A stretch of DNA of 64,000 nucleotides from Dicyema japonicum (GCA_011109175.1 RDEW01000018.1:1112372-1176371), one strand, 5' to 3'; shown: positions 25,386-38,229, counted from the first letter of the stretch. Notes: generated from the letters alone by a model not told the origin. A program made the numbers and translations.

Positions 25386-28300
25386 CTATTTGAAGGATTT
25401 CAACTCGATGCTTACGGATGCTTCAACTCCGTCAACAGTGTTAAACTTGTGGATAATATTTTCGTCATCATCATCCCACTCAATCTCAGTGGACCCGATC
25501 TCAACTAACTATTACTCCCAAAACATACAATTTGGACTGAAGAACATGGGGTAGTATATCAGCAGTTGTATTGGTGGACAGGAATGAGCTGCAATTTGGA
25601 AATGAAAGGGGGAGTCGGCCCACAAAATGAGTCCATTAATCACAGTACTGAGGGAGGCCTCCATCGTGAATCCCTCGATAGTCAGATTACAGTGATGAGG
25701 ACGGTCAGACCAGAGGGTAAAGTCAGAACCAAAGTCGACAGAATTCAGTTTGATTCTCAGTATCTTATTGATAGTGAGCCCCGATGAAGAGAAGCAGAGA
25801 TCATTCTTGGTATTCAAATACATGGAAAGAGCAGCTTGGTATTTATCCACCAACTCTAAACTGACAGTGATACAATCGACTACCAGTCATCAGTTTTTAA
25901 GGCTCTCAGAGACATCGACTTCGTGTGATAGTAAACCACGAGTAGGTTTCTGTCATTGATGGAGCATTTAAAGTCTGAAAGGGGAGTCAACTTTAATAAA
26001 ACGGAAAATCAACAGGCATGTGGAGAATCAGAGAAGACTCACATTTGTTGTCAAACACGTCCGAATGTGTCCCCGTGAACAAGGTCATGAGGACCATGTC
26101 ATTGAAAACCAAAATTAGCACGTTCTTGTTCGGTTTATACTGCAATGAGTGAGAATTGTGCCTTAAAGAGGGAGTGATGAACGAGGACTCGTTTTCCAAG
26201 GAAATTCGTGTCTGAGGTGATCTTGAATGGCTCCTTTGTACCGAATTCCCCAAATTCCAACCGTTTGTTGACCCATTTCGGTTTTTCCGCGTTGATCAAG
26301 TCGCTGAACAAATCGTCGACTTCTCTGGAAAAGGAATCGATCATAGACTTTGCCTTCATAAGATTGGGGTCCTTAACTTTTTTAGAAATCTTGGAATAAC
26401 AGATCTGGTCAACCTCACTAATACTTAGGGAATATAAGCACAATCTCTGAACTGGCTGGAGAAACATGGTTTGAAGGTGTACTTTACTCTTGCCAGTCCT
26501 TTCCTAAATGTAAGAAGGCTCAGTTACTTCTATTCTAGACAACCCATCGTCGGCACCATTCAGGAGTTTCCCCAGTATGTGGGAGTCACTTACGTACTGT
26601 TTGTATGGGGAGAGACGAGGGAACTGGAATACAGCAAAATTATACATTTTCAACAAGAATGTCCCCAATGTTGGGTGATCCCGTCAATATTCGATCCCGC
26701 AAGGATCTACAGTAAGAAAACGGTTACTTGGCCAAGGAAACATGAACTTCCATAATTTCCTCAATATTTGAGAACAACGATCTCCTCTGATCAGTACATT
26801 CAGCCAATCCTTTACTAATTTCAGTCAAAATAGCAAAATAGTCCCCAGTCTGAGTTTCCTCCGCGACAAACCGGTTAACGGCATCCATTCCTACTTAATT
26901 TGTAATAAAAAAGTAAATAATAATTTATTAATCGAAATGTTAGACTTAATAGGTACATTCAAGACACGACTGGGGAAACCATCCAGTCTGGTGCTCGGTA
27001 TTCCGTCCAAAACACATATTTCCCCTCTTCCCATGATTTCCACATATTCTCCAGCTTTCAGGCTCAAATGACTACGCAGGGACTTGAATAATCACACATA
27101 CACAAACGGATTCATTAACTGACTCCACCTGTCTATGAACCCCCAATAATACTTGTATTTGCTGAATAAAATTCTATGGAAAAATCCCCACGCGTCCAGC
27201 AATTTCTCCCTCACACCAATCCTCGTCCACAACAGTGGTCATCAACACCACATCCCCAATTTGCAAATCAAGGTCTCCTTCTTCTTCCCCGTCGAATTTA
27301 TATTTAGCAACAACGAACACTACAATGACTCCTCCACAAACCTGAATTCCCGGGAAACGACTTATCTCCACCAAGCTCAATCACATGTGACCGGGGGAAC
27401 CACTCAATCTGAATATAATAGCTAATATACAGAGTCATTGACCCTCCCAATCCACCACGGAGAGTCTTCTACCGTTTTATCTAACAGTTCAAATCTCTGC
27501 CCTTTAACAAATGACACGTGGTTTGATTTACTCCCCTTAAAGTCCATGGTTGCTTCAACCATTCCTATCACTTTCCCCCACCAGTCTCATTAATGCCCCC
27601 TTGTATTACGCGGGAAGAATTATCCTCATTCATAATCCCCCAGTCCACGTTTCCAGAAATATCCTCATTCATAATCCCCCAGTCCACGTGTCCAGAATTA
27701 TCCTCATTCACAATCCCCCAGTCCACGTGTCCAGAATTATCCTCATTCAAATTCTGCCAGTCTATCTGGTTGATATTGTCTTCAAGATTCACATCTTGTA
27801 TGTCCGAGAAATTATTCCCCCATGAGATACAATTATCAAAAAAGGGGGTAAATCTAAATCACAACTCAATTATACGGCTTATCCTTCTTCGTGACACTCT
27901 GTTCCATTACCTTGTTAACCAACATGACCCGCTCACTTATGGCTTTAATTTTCAGCACATTTGAGTTATCAGCCGTCCCAGCATTAGCCAGTTCTACCTT
28001 CAGTCTCTACCACTAACAACAGGTATAACCTCAATCTCCTGAAGGAGCCGTTCTATTTCGCCCTCAACCTTCCGTTTGAGCTCTAATATTCTCTGAGATT
28101 CCTCTGACTCAAACTTATATTCTTGTATGACACGTGATATTTCTTCCTTTTGAGAATCTATGTCAAAGGAGGTCCTTCTAGACTTTGATGGCACGGGTAG
28201 GGAAATCTGTCTATTACGAATAATACACGTGGTTTATATCACTTTGACGTGGTTGGTAACTCATGTGGGTGAATCTGCTGAGTCGTCCTTTGGGGTAATC

Positions 28301-29379
28301 TCGGCTGTTGGGGATGCACAGACTGACGTTGAGGATCTAATCAGTGATAAAACGTAGTACCACAAGACCACATTTCACCTGACTTGGGGAAACTGTCCAC
28401 CTGACCAACCGAATGACCCCAATTTGGCTGAAGATTTTGAGGAATTGTCCTTTCATTTTGAGGTTGGGGATCTTATAAGTCATAAACGTGATACCATTAG
28501 ACCACATTGGACCTGATTGGGGGAAATTGTCCACTCGAGCAACCGGATGACTCCAATTTGGTTGAAACATCTACAAACATTAAAATATTATACACCCGCC
28601 TGATGGGACATGTGGGTTGCCTGAGGAAACGTAGTGGAATCGTCGATCCCACGTGAGCCAGCCAATCCAGGTAGACCCCATCGATCACATGACCTAGGAA
28701 CCTCACTTAACGAGGATGTATTGTCCGGGACATTCTTGGATGACTGATTCCACTTGATATTTGACTGAGAATGTTTGGCTTGGGGGACAATTTGGGAAGA
28801 ATCTGACCAGAGAATTGATTTTTCGGGGAATGTCAGATTTGATGGAGGTTCTTGCCTGTCAGTTGTTTGGTTAGGTTCAAGCCACCCTATACAAGTCCTA
28901 CTCTGGACGGGTGAGGCTTTGGGACAAGTGTCCTTAACATCATTATGGCCATGGTACCTTAACATTTGACTTAGTGACCTTTGTGATCGAAAATTCTTTG
29001 AGTTGTTGAGTAAAGTCCAATTCCACAGTCTTTTTGAAGAAATTATTGATGGAATGAGTCAGTTGTACTGGCAGTTTTTCAGGTACCTTCTCCCCAACCA
29101 TGACGGCAGTGATGACTTTCATTACACAGCAAAACTGGGATTCGTCAAGACTACCAGATTTAGACGTGTCCACCAAATCCCTTGAATAACGAATAGCGAT
29201 AACCATATTTGGGCTAACCTATTGTCTGGCAGCTTAGATTTACTCAAAAGAGGACCCAGGATTTGGCCTACAATGTTACGATAGGGACTACCAGAGACAA
29301 CCCCATTTATTGGATTTAATCTGCTAAATTGGTTCCGCCATTTTGATATTTCATTATCAGAACAGATCCAAATCACCAT
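25386..29379 (-). CDS. ITSN1: Intersectin, long form (EH, coiled coil, 3 SH3, DH, PH, C2)
   Basis: EH (SKLPDNRLAQIW..DTSKSGSLDESQF); SH3s at about 27440-27550, 27170-27340 (VAKYKFDGEEEGDL..DWCEG..GIFP) and 26970-27070; DH LFSNIEEIMEVH, IGDILVENF, LQPVQRL; C2-like tail; 21-24 nt introns; ITSN1 versus ITSN2 not resolvable. Confidence 0.85.
27618..27762 (-). repeat. Coding 39-nt minisatellite (13-aa DWxxxNED repeats, about 3.7 copies) in intersectin
   Basis: DWQNLNEDNSGHV/DWGIVNEDNSGHV/DWGIMNEDISGNV/DWGIMNEDNSSRV. Confidence 0.9.
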
Positions 29380-29462
29380 ATCTAAATTCTAATTTTATTT
29401 ATTAAAATATTTTTAATTAAAAAAAATTATTTTTAATTAATAAAATTAGAAATCAATTAAAA

Positions 29463-29872
29463 CAAGGACGCCCTGACGGCATGACCTCCTTTCCTTTCGA
29501 GCGAGGGCGAAACCTTGTATGGGGTGTGACCTGTGTCTGCTCTTTCGCCCCAAGCAAAAAAAATAATTCACCGGGAAGACCTTCTTCTCAAGCAGAGGAA
29601 ATGAAAAATGCTAAGTATTCGGATATCAGCGACAGGTACATTTTCGCACCTGTCGCGATTGAAACTTCGGGGAACTTTGGCCCTAAAACGCTGAAGTTCC
29701 TGAATCATCTTGGAAAACTACTATCCGACAAAACTGTGATCTTCGTGAGACGAGATGGCTCAAGGAGAGGCTCTCGTTGGCTGTTGTCCGTGGGAATAGC
29801 TTATGCATCTCCCAACAGCTGAATAATTAAAATTAAAATTAACTATTCTTTTCCTTATAATAAAAAAAAAAT
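29463..29872 (+). mobile_element. 5'-truncated copy of the CRE element at 1237-4003
   Basis: Near-identical to 3596-3975 (RPDGMTSFPFERGRNLVW..), same 3'UTR and A-tail. Confidence 0.93.
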
Positions 29873-30839
29873 TTTATACAAGTTTTGTTTAACTGCTTTC
29901 AGTAGATATTGATTCTATAAACTCGTATTATATGATTTGTGAGTTTGTGGTTAAATTTCCTAACAGAAGGCTTCGTTCTGCTGCTTTCATGCAACAAGGT
30001 CATTGCGATACAAATAGTCTATCCCTAGAGTCTCTCAGGAATTTAAGTAGAAATCAGCATACTTTCATGCTGATACAGCCTAGTTCGAGTACAAAGGAGA
30101 ATTTTATCCTAAAAAGACACTGATTAGAGACTGGCATAATTCGAGAGACACCATTTGTGAACCCTTCCCGTGAGGATTGTTGAATAGTAAAGAAGGAAAT
30201 GAAGCATAGTAAATGAAAAAAATCAATTCCATTGATTTGTTAATTAAATTATTCAACAATTATTATTCATGAGTTCACTTAGGAGATAATTGTGCTATTG
30301 GAATTTTCCCAGGGGACCACAAGAGATTGATACGCGAATGAAGATCTAGAGGACAATCTCTTCCAAAATATCACTTTGCCAAAATATTTTTCGTCCTTTC
30401 CAATTGTGATCAGTCCTTCCTTGATTTTGTCAAAAATCGTTTTAACCTGATTGGAATTTCTGAAAGAATTGTTATAGCATTTAAAGGTGTAACCGGTTTA
30501 AACAGCTAGAACTGGACATCTCTCCCCATGGTTATATCCTACCAGGAATAATCAGACAAGATATTTTGTAAAGAGAGTGAAATAAGTTGTCGAGTATGCG
30601 ATAAGGGACACAAAATAGTAGAACATACAGTGGTATTCAGTCTGCCTACTAGCATGGGTCTTCAATGCATTTGACCAATTTTCTTTAAATGATCTCTTTG
30701 ATTAATATTTGAACCGAACACCGTTGTAACGTATGAGTTTTTGGTCTACCAATGAAATCTCTTAAAATAATTAGAACGATGGAGAGAGTCCAGAACGACA
30801 TAATGAATTTCCTTCACAGAGTGTCAAAGGCTCTCGATA

Positions 30840-31260
30840 AGTCTATCTAATGTTGGTGGTATTGTCGTATCTTTGGTGTGGCTGTTGATCTCCCTTCTCG
30901 AAAACCGTTTCGGCTTTCTGGTAAGGATTCCAAAAGGGAGAAGGTTTGTTTTCAAATTTACAAATATAGTTCTTGTAGGTAAGAATCTCCTCTTCAGAAG
31001 ACCTCGCCATTTTTAGGAAGTTGTGCTGTATGTCCCCCAGATGTTCCATCACTTTTGTGACATTCAGTCATTGAGCGTATTCCTCAATGATAAGGTGACT
31101 GTGCTTCTGTTACGTTTAAGTAGGATTCTCAGGGACGTGTTCTGTATGACTTGTAGTTTGTGTGGACTTTGAAAAGATGTAATCCAAACCGCACGTGCAT
31201 GTTCGATTGTTGGTAGGACATATTTTTTGTATAATAATTCAAGTGCGTTCTATTCCCGGG
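30840..31260 (-). mobile_element. Jockey-like LINE 3' fragment
   Basis: YVLPTIEHARAVW..LQVIQNTSLRILL; same family as 32530-33110 and 36760-37235. Confidence 0.6.
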
Positions 31261-31410
31261 CAAAAGGACTGATGTCCCCTAATTCGAATCTCGCTGCTGT
31301 ACATTCTGGCTGAAGGTTCAACGCATCTTGATGAGTGACATCGTCATCAGTGAACATCTCACTGCAGAACCGGATCGTCTACAAAAAGACTCACACCCAA
31401 CAAAAGAGCA
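31240..31410 (+). mobile_element. tRNA-derived SINE copy (family A)
   Basis: TTCGAATCTCGCTGCTGTAC..GAGTGACATCGTCATCAG..CACTGCAGAACCGG. Confidence 0.65.
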
Positions 31411-31549
31411 TTCCTTGGTTTTTCCTCATCGATTAGTTATGATAACTGTTCTCAACGAAGTACTCTCGTCGTTACATTACCTGGGATATCCACTTCCAAT
31501 CTCAGTATATTTCCTAAGAGCTTCCATCTCAAATCGGTGATCTCGAGAC

Positions 31550-32480
31550 TCAAAGGATCAGTGTAGCAAACATTATACATCGCTCTCTTGCTTATTTTCC
31601 ATGGCAAATTCAAACCGAGCATTATCCTCAGCAGCTTCGACCAAATTAGTCTATCCTCTGTTCCTCAGCCTTGGAAATCGTCCACGTTGATGAATTATAT
31701 AATAGGATTTGTTTAACAGGGGCATTTTATAGCCATAGCCGGAATGATGTACTTGATCGTCTTCCGTCAATCCAGTTATTTTTAACATTGTTCGGAGCAG
31801 CTAAGGCGAGAGTAGTTTTCGAACAACGTCCTGAAATTAAAATTTATTTCCAACTGGATAATGGAAAACCGGCTCGGTGGGAATGCAGAGAAGTCGTCTA
31901 CGTCATTATTTACCTCGGACAAAAGATTGGGAAGGAAGACAATCACCTTGAAGTTAAACAAGTTCGGCATCCCTTTCCACAGATGTCAAAGGATCTTGGG
32001 TGTGACAATTTATATGCATCTCTGTTCAACACCTTACGTATAAAACATTCTATTGATATGGGAGAAGAAACTGAACGTATTGAAAAGTTTATCGGGAATA
32101 TGGAAGAGTGGTACTCACCCAGTCTTGATGAACGTGTACAAACAATACATCGAGCCATGTTTCTCATATACATGCGCCTCGTGGGGTCCGTACATATTTT
32201 GGACAGATATGAGGAAAATTGAGGAAATGCAAAAGAGGGCTTACAGAGTAACGGAGAGTTGGATTTGTGAAGATCGTCGACCCGGACCTACGCCTCTGGA
32301 GGCCCTTATGAGACTTGACTCCAGATCACGGGAAGTTGGCCCTAAAATTCAGGCAGCCGTCCTGTACGTTCATGCGCGGGCATGAAGGAAGAACGACGGG
32401 CAAAGATGAGGTCTCTGTTAGAATGCATTGGGATCACGTGATAATTAGTTTTGTTTTACAGTGGTCTTAGGTTAAATAAA
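31550..32480 (+). mobile_element. I-group LINE RT C-terminal half
   Basis: RILGVT..; KKLNVLKSLSG..YKQYIEP..Y..W; ends CIGIT* + ACAGTGGTC + AATAAA. Confidence 0.75.
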
Positions 32481-32529
32481 TACAAAAAATAAAAAAATTA
32501 AGATATAATAAGATAATCTTTTTATGCTA

Positions 32530-33110
32530 TTGCTTCCCATTAAGAAGACCCTTTCAATCCTTGGAGTCATCCTGGATCCCCTCCTCACATTCACTCATCA
32601 AGTGGACCTAGTAACTGCAAAGATCCAAAAGAAAATTGGAATCTCGAGGCTTTCACTCACTCCCCAATATCTTCCCGCCCATCTTTAGAACTTCTATACA
32701 AACAATTTGTTCTACCTATTATCGAGATGCCTGTACTGCATGGATTGCCCCCTTATCAATATCGGCACAAAGCAAGCTGGTAGTTCTACAAAACCGATGT
32801 CTCATAATACTATTGAGATCGTCGAAAAAGACATCCACTTCGTTACTACGGAGAACACTAAACGTCCCCCCAATCATGGAATATCTTACAGAACGCCATC
32901 GAGACTTCCTTAAGATGGTAAAGTCCTTTGACCATTTTTTCGGACCGCACATCAGATTATTGGACGCCCGCCCGAGATATGAGAAGAAACCTTCCTCACT
33001 GTGGAGATAAATCCAGGACTCCAAAACTAACCGCAGGAAAAGGACTAGTATGGACACCGGGATCAGTTAATTAGACGTTAACTTTTATCCTCTTTCTCTT
33101 GATTTCAGGT
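32530..33110 (+). mobile_element. Jockey-like LINE 3' end
   Basis: ILGVILDPLLTFTH..; AQSKLVVLQNRCLIILL; highly similar to 36800-37220. Confidence 0.8.
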
Positions 33111-33554
33111 TTATAAAATAAAATGCTATTGAGTCGGTTACGTTAAAGCTCTTTCGATTGAGGAAAAATGTCGGAAAAAAAGAGAAGGATCACTTATCAG
33201 ATGGTAAGAATATAATTCTTGCCACAATGTGGCAAAGTTACCCAAAGAATGAGCAACTTGAGAGTATTAAACATAATTTTTTTTCTACTTGAGCTTTCCG
33301 AAAAAAAGTGTAGAAAATTTATTCCAGAAGCAGCTTGACAGAATTAAGCTATTTTTTAGGTTTTATTTTCATTTATTATACATCTGAAAAAATTTTTGTT
33401 TTGATTGACAAAACTGACATCCGGGGACAGAAATGTGTCACTTATTGGTAGAATTTCTGATCTCAAGAAAATATTTTTAATATCTTGTCGTCCATTGTCT
33501 ATTTTGATTAGTTTTTTTATACTAAATATTTTTTGTTTTAGATAAATTTATCAT

Positions 33555-33700
33555 AAAGTCAAAAAAAGGTTAGAATTTTGAAAATTTAATAACCAATAAA
33601 GTCAATTTTTATAAAGTCAAAAGTGAATTTAAAGTCAATAAAGTCAATTTTTAGGTCAAATTTCCGATTTATAAAGTCAAAAAATCCCCCTATTGATCAC
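33555..33700 (+). repeat. Dispersed element carrying an array of seven AAGTCAA/AGGTCAA motifs
   Basis: 31 bp TAAAGTCAATAAAGTCAATTTTTAGGTCAAA (33630-33660) recurs exactly, inverted, at about 57849-57879. Confidence 0.8.
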
Positions 33701-34129
33701 TAACCTTACTGAACCTCATTGGATCGTAAGAAGGAAAGAGGATCAGCGAGAAAGGATCTGGGTCATAGAGCGCATTTCCTTACGAATCGTGAGGGAGAAT
33801 ATGCTCTCCCTATTGAAGAAGTAACCCATTTCAGCAAAGAAAACGCACTGAAAATAATCAAAAATTGTATTTCTCTAATGATTTATTGGCATCCAAAAAT
33901 ATCTGAAATTTAGATTTTCCGTAATGTCCTTTCTATTACAAAAATGGGTCAGGAAGCAATTCGCTAGCAGCAGAGACGAAGTAACCTCAAATCATCAGAA
34001 CGTTGATTAAGTTTTAGCAAAATTTGGTCCCCATGAGGCGCATGCATATTAGTAACATGAATCGATGTCCTTACACGTTCAGATAAACTTTATAGTACGT
34101 TCAACTCGATTCTTATATTTATTCCATCA

Positions 34130-34720
34130 GTATTTCAACGTTGGCTTGGTACTATGTGACTCTTGATTAAAGATTTCTGTTTCTTCTGTTCCTCCTCTCC
34201 CTTTTTCGGATGGAGTGACGTCATGTGATCCGACTGTCTCAGGTAGCGCCCAGTGCCAGAGTAGCACGAAAAAGATCATTTTCTCTCCCCCAGTCCAATG
34301 TAGGTGTTTCCACAACTGGGAATAGACGTCTTCTACCTTTTCTGCTGGATCTAGGTGACTTGTGTGACTTTGACTGAATCCGGGGTTAATAAAAATTTCA
34401 TTAGCAATTGGAGCCTTATTTGTTTGAATAAATTACATTTGTTGTTTCCATACTTTCTACAATTCAGAGTATTTATAGCAATTTCTTCACTCCAATGAAC
34501 AGAGTTTATTGCAAACAGTGAATCAGAGTCTTAATAAAACAAGGAGTTCATCGACGTTCTTGAATGTCCACTACATTTTAGAGTATAACCAAATTCCGTT
34601 CATGACGAGTTAATATTGTAGCCCTTCCGCCAAGAAGTAGTAATGTTACATTCTTAAACCTCAGTTTAGCCAAGAACCCCAGGTATCGAAAATGATTTTG
34701 ACTTTGTTCTTTTCTATTTC
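34130..34720 (-). mobile_element. Possible Penelope-like element remnant (GIY-YIG)
   Basis: VYS..SCGNTYIG recoverable across a frameshift; rest heavily decayed. Confidence 0.35.
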
Positions 34721-35656
34721 TATTCGAACCCGGAACCACTTGGATTTGGTCCAGAACTTATTACAATATGCAATCCGGTATCTGTTACTCTATGGCCGGA
34801 TTTGATAATCCGAGTGTTAGACCATTCAATTTCAAGCCAGTGGATTGGCATCCTAGACAATCGGTATTTTTGTTGCCTCACCCAACTAACCGGCCATTAT
34901 GAAATAATCAAAAAATTTATGACAAATTACATTTCCTACAACTGAGCCATAATACTTGTACTTCCGCATGTGCAGCAAATAAGACTATTTTAGGTGTAAG
35001 CTTCCTCTTCTATTTTCTGCATTCTAGACATTTTTATCGATTGTTAGCCAAACAAGTCACTTCCTACCAAAAAAATTAAAACTCAAATTTAGTGGGACTT
35101 TATATAAATCAATAACCATTAGCTAATCATATTGACACAATCGTCACAAAGTATCTAATCTCTATCGTCATGTCAAGATTGAATTAAACAAAACTGTTGA
35201 CTATCTTCTCTGCCAATATTTGAAGGGATATCCCATAGTTGATATAATAATCAACAGTAACATTTCTCATAATTTGGAGAGATGACGATTTAAAACATAT
35301 ATACCAGGATGGCAAAAGGGCCTGATGGCTACTGGTTTTAATATCTCTGCTGTATATTCCTGCTGATGGTTCTACGTATCTAAGATGACTTAACTGAGAA
35401 ATCAGATCGTCTATAAAGGACTCAACAGAACAAAAGAAAAAAAGGTTTAAAGCATTTTTTGTTTTACCCTAGTGCGATTAGATATCATAACTGTTCTTCG
35501 ATTAAATAAAGTGTGTCCTTTCTGGGAGGAGCTATAGGTAATATGGCTAGAAAAGTGAGGTTTTGTTTAATTGCTTACACAATATTAATCAAATACAACC
35601 AAATTAAAACAAATATAATAACTAAAATCAAAGCTTTATTTATAAATCCTACAAAA

Positions 35657-36600
35657 TCATCGTCTACTTCTTTTACTGGCCGAATCCGAACCCCCGTAAG
35701 ACCGTTTACTTGTGTCAGCAAATTCGGCCTTAAGTTTGATAATGTCAATCTCATCCAATAAACAGGGACCCATCGGTCGATAACCAAAGACCATTGGAGA
35801 AGCCAAACTTACGGTTGGGTTAACACCACATTTCTGAGGAAAACAAACACCATTTTTTAACAAATAATCACTGCCTTTCTTAACATTCTCCTTCACTATT
35901 TGTGGGGGCTTATATGCCTCCACACTCTTCCGTAGAAACGTGTTAGGGATACAAGTGGTCTTAACCACTTTCACTCCACATAGCTTACACTTTCCTTCCC
36001 CCTCACACATTGAATTTACACCTAACAGATTACACACATAACATACAGGTACCACACACTGACTCGGAACAGCAGGAAAGAATGAAGGCATTCACACTCA
36101 ATCCCTGACACACTGGACAGAACAAATCCTCTTCAAACTTCTTATGGTTTGAATTCTCGTTCTCCTTGGTTGATAAATCCATAGAATATACAATTTTCAC
36201 GTGTTTCTTAGGTGGGTCATCTTTTTTAGTTTCTACAGAGAGAGGAACCTTGCTTTTAGCTTGAATGGAGTAATGGCGAGTGAATGTGGAGGGTCTACTG
36301 ATATTATATGCGGGAAACCTGTCGTTGTTCACATAAATGGGGATTCGGGAGATTAAAAGTCTTGTATTCTTTGGAATCAAGAAGTTCTTATCATCGTATA
36401 CTAGAAATGGTCAAATATTAGGTATTACTTAGTCCTGAGTCCTCGTTCGTCACAAGAATATCAAATCCTCCAGAACGCGATTGAGTCGTATTCTTTTCTA
36501 TTACAGAGTTTTTGAAGTCTTTAAGAGGTATTCAATCCCCAACAAATCGTATTGTCTGGTATTCAGTAACACTTTTTAGTCTGTAATGAACAGCTGACAT
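35657..36600 (-). CDS. RBBP6: RBBP6/Mpe1 (DWNN + RING)
   Basis: MSAVHYRLKS..DILVTNED..YDDKNFLIPKNTRLLISRIP (DWNN); DLFCPVC..AFILSCCSESVC..C..CKLC..CIPNTFLRKSV (RING); in-frame TGA at 36532-36534. Confidence 0.88.
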
Positions 36601-36759
36601 TCAATATGACCAACAAGAAACACAAAAAGTGACGGGTAATTGATTTATTTTAAATTAATAATTTTATTATATTTTAGTAAATTTATTCAATTATAAATTT
36701 AAAAATTAAAAATGCATTGGGGTATTTATTTCGAATGTGACTGCTACTTTCCTGCTACA

Positions 36760-37235
36760 AAATCAACATTTTGGAATTCTCAAGATATTTACATACTCTC
36801 CAATATCTTCCCGCCCATCGTTAGACAATTTGTTCTACCTATTATCGAGTACGCCTCTACTGCATGGATTTCCTCCTTATCAATATCGGCACAGAGCAAG
36901 CTGGTAGTTCTACAATACCGATGTCTCATAATTCTATTGAGATCGTCGGAAAAGTCGTCCACTTCGTTACTACGGAGAACACTAAACGTCCCCCAATCAT
37001 GGAATTACTTACGGAACGTCAGCGGAACTTCCTCAAGATGGCAAAGTCCCCTGACCATCCCCTCGGGCCGGACATCAAACCATATATGGACGCCTGCCCG
37101 AGATATGAGAATAAACCTTCCCCGTTGTGGAGATTAATCCAGGACTCCAAAACTAACCGCATGAAAAGGACTGGTATGGACACCGGGATCACTTTATTAG
37201 ACGATAACTTTTATCAAGATAAACTGGCCTATGAA
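36760..37235 (+). mobile_element. Jockey-like LINE 3' end
   Basis: VLPIIEYASTAW..AQSKLVVLQYRCL; paralogous to 32660-33100. Confidence 0.8.
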
Positions 37236-37239
37236 GATT

Positions 37240-37580
37240 TCTAATGCAAACCTTTATAGTACATGCAAATTCGGTATGCTGTCAGTTGATATTTTCAAAT
37301 TAAGATGGAGCCTCTTTGGCCACGTGTTACGTTTAAATGGCCAGGTCCTCGCAAATGTCGCAATGGACAACTACTTCGCACACAGGAGCCGTATTCCGCG
37401 GAAGGTCAAAAACGACACTTCCGACTATTTTGAATGAAGACCCATCGGCCGTTGGTATGAGACTAACTTCGGCGGACGATCTTGACTACCTAAGAGAACA
37501 AGCGCGCAACAGAGAATCATGGTCGAGGTTGACGGAGAGGATGATTAGAAATACGGCACAAGGGAAACTTACCTAATTTT
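37240..37580 (+). mobile_element. RTE-like LINE 3' end
   Basis: LRWSLFGHVLRL..FRGRSKTTLPT..DDLDYLRE..NRESW. Confidence 0.75.
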
Positions 37581-37689
37581 ATGTTTTCTCGGGATACACT
37601 CTACAAGCAGTACATTTAACCTAAAATTTGTTATTCATGTGCTCTTGGGGGACAAACATCGCCGCTACGAATTTAACTTAGATCCATAA

Positions 37690-37935
37690 AATTCAGTCAA
37701 AGACAGCGAAAGTACAGAAGTTTTCTTGCAAGGAAATCCTGCACAGATCTTTGAGAACTGGGCCATTTTTCTGGCGAAAGATTCATATGCACGAACCCCG
37801 TCCTTATCGCAGATGTGCCGGAACACAGTCTTAGCACCAGGAAAAGATGCGAAGACTGCTAAGGGAAGCCGGGATCACCTGAATTTTCTTATTCTGGTTA
37901 TGACGGTGGTTTTTTGTTAATAAATTGAATTTAAA
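37690..37935 (+). mobile_element. I/Jockey-group LINE 3' end
   Basis: Ends REAGIT* + ACGGTGGT + AATAAA; 3'UTR similar to 43680-43740. Confidence 0.55.
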
Positions 37936-38229
37936 TAAAAAATACGATATATTGATTTGTTGCAGGATAGTGGTTGTCTTAAAATTGGATTTATATTTCG
38001 GCTACGTCTACAATCATGGAGAGAAAACGACGTACCCTATGGTACTTGATTGAAGATTTCTCTATCGTATCCACCTTACTCAAAAGACATCGAATGCATG
38101 AGGACACTCCTCTTAATTAGGAATCCATAATAAATTAATTAAAACTAATTTATTACGAAACAAGACAATCAAAATAATCAGTTGATAGGATGGAATGGCT
38201 GTTTCCCCTGACAACTGTCAGAGAAATCC

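Noticed and set aside
27618-27762. CRISPR-like array
   Set aside because: No unique spacers; it is an in-frame coding minisatellite in a eukaryotic gene.
35575-35787. Separate small membrane protein overlapping the RBBP6 3' end
   Set aside because: Hydrophobic tail arises from AT-rich 3'UTR in a shifted frame; no support as an independent gene.
36532-36534. Alternative nuclear genetic code (TGA sense)
   Set aside because: Single clear instance; TGA is used as a normal stop in other ORFs here; kept only as a check item.
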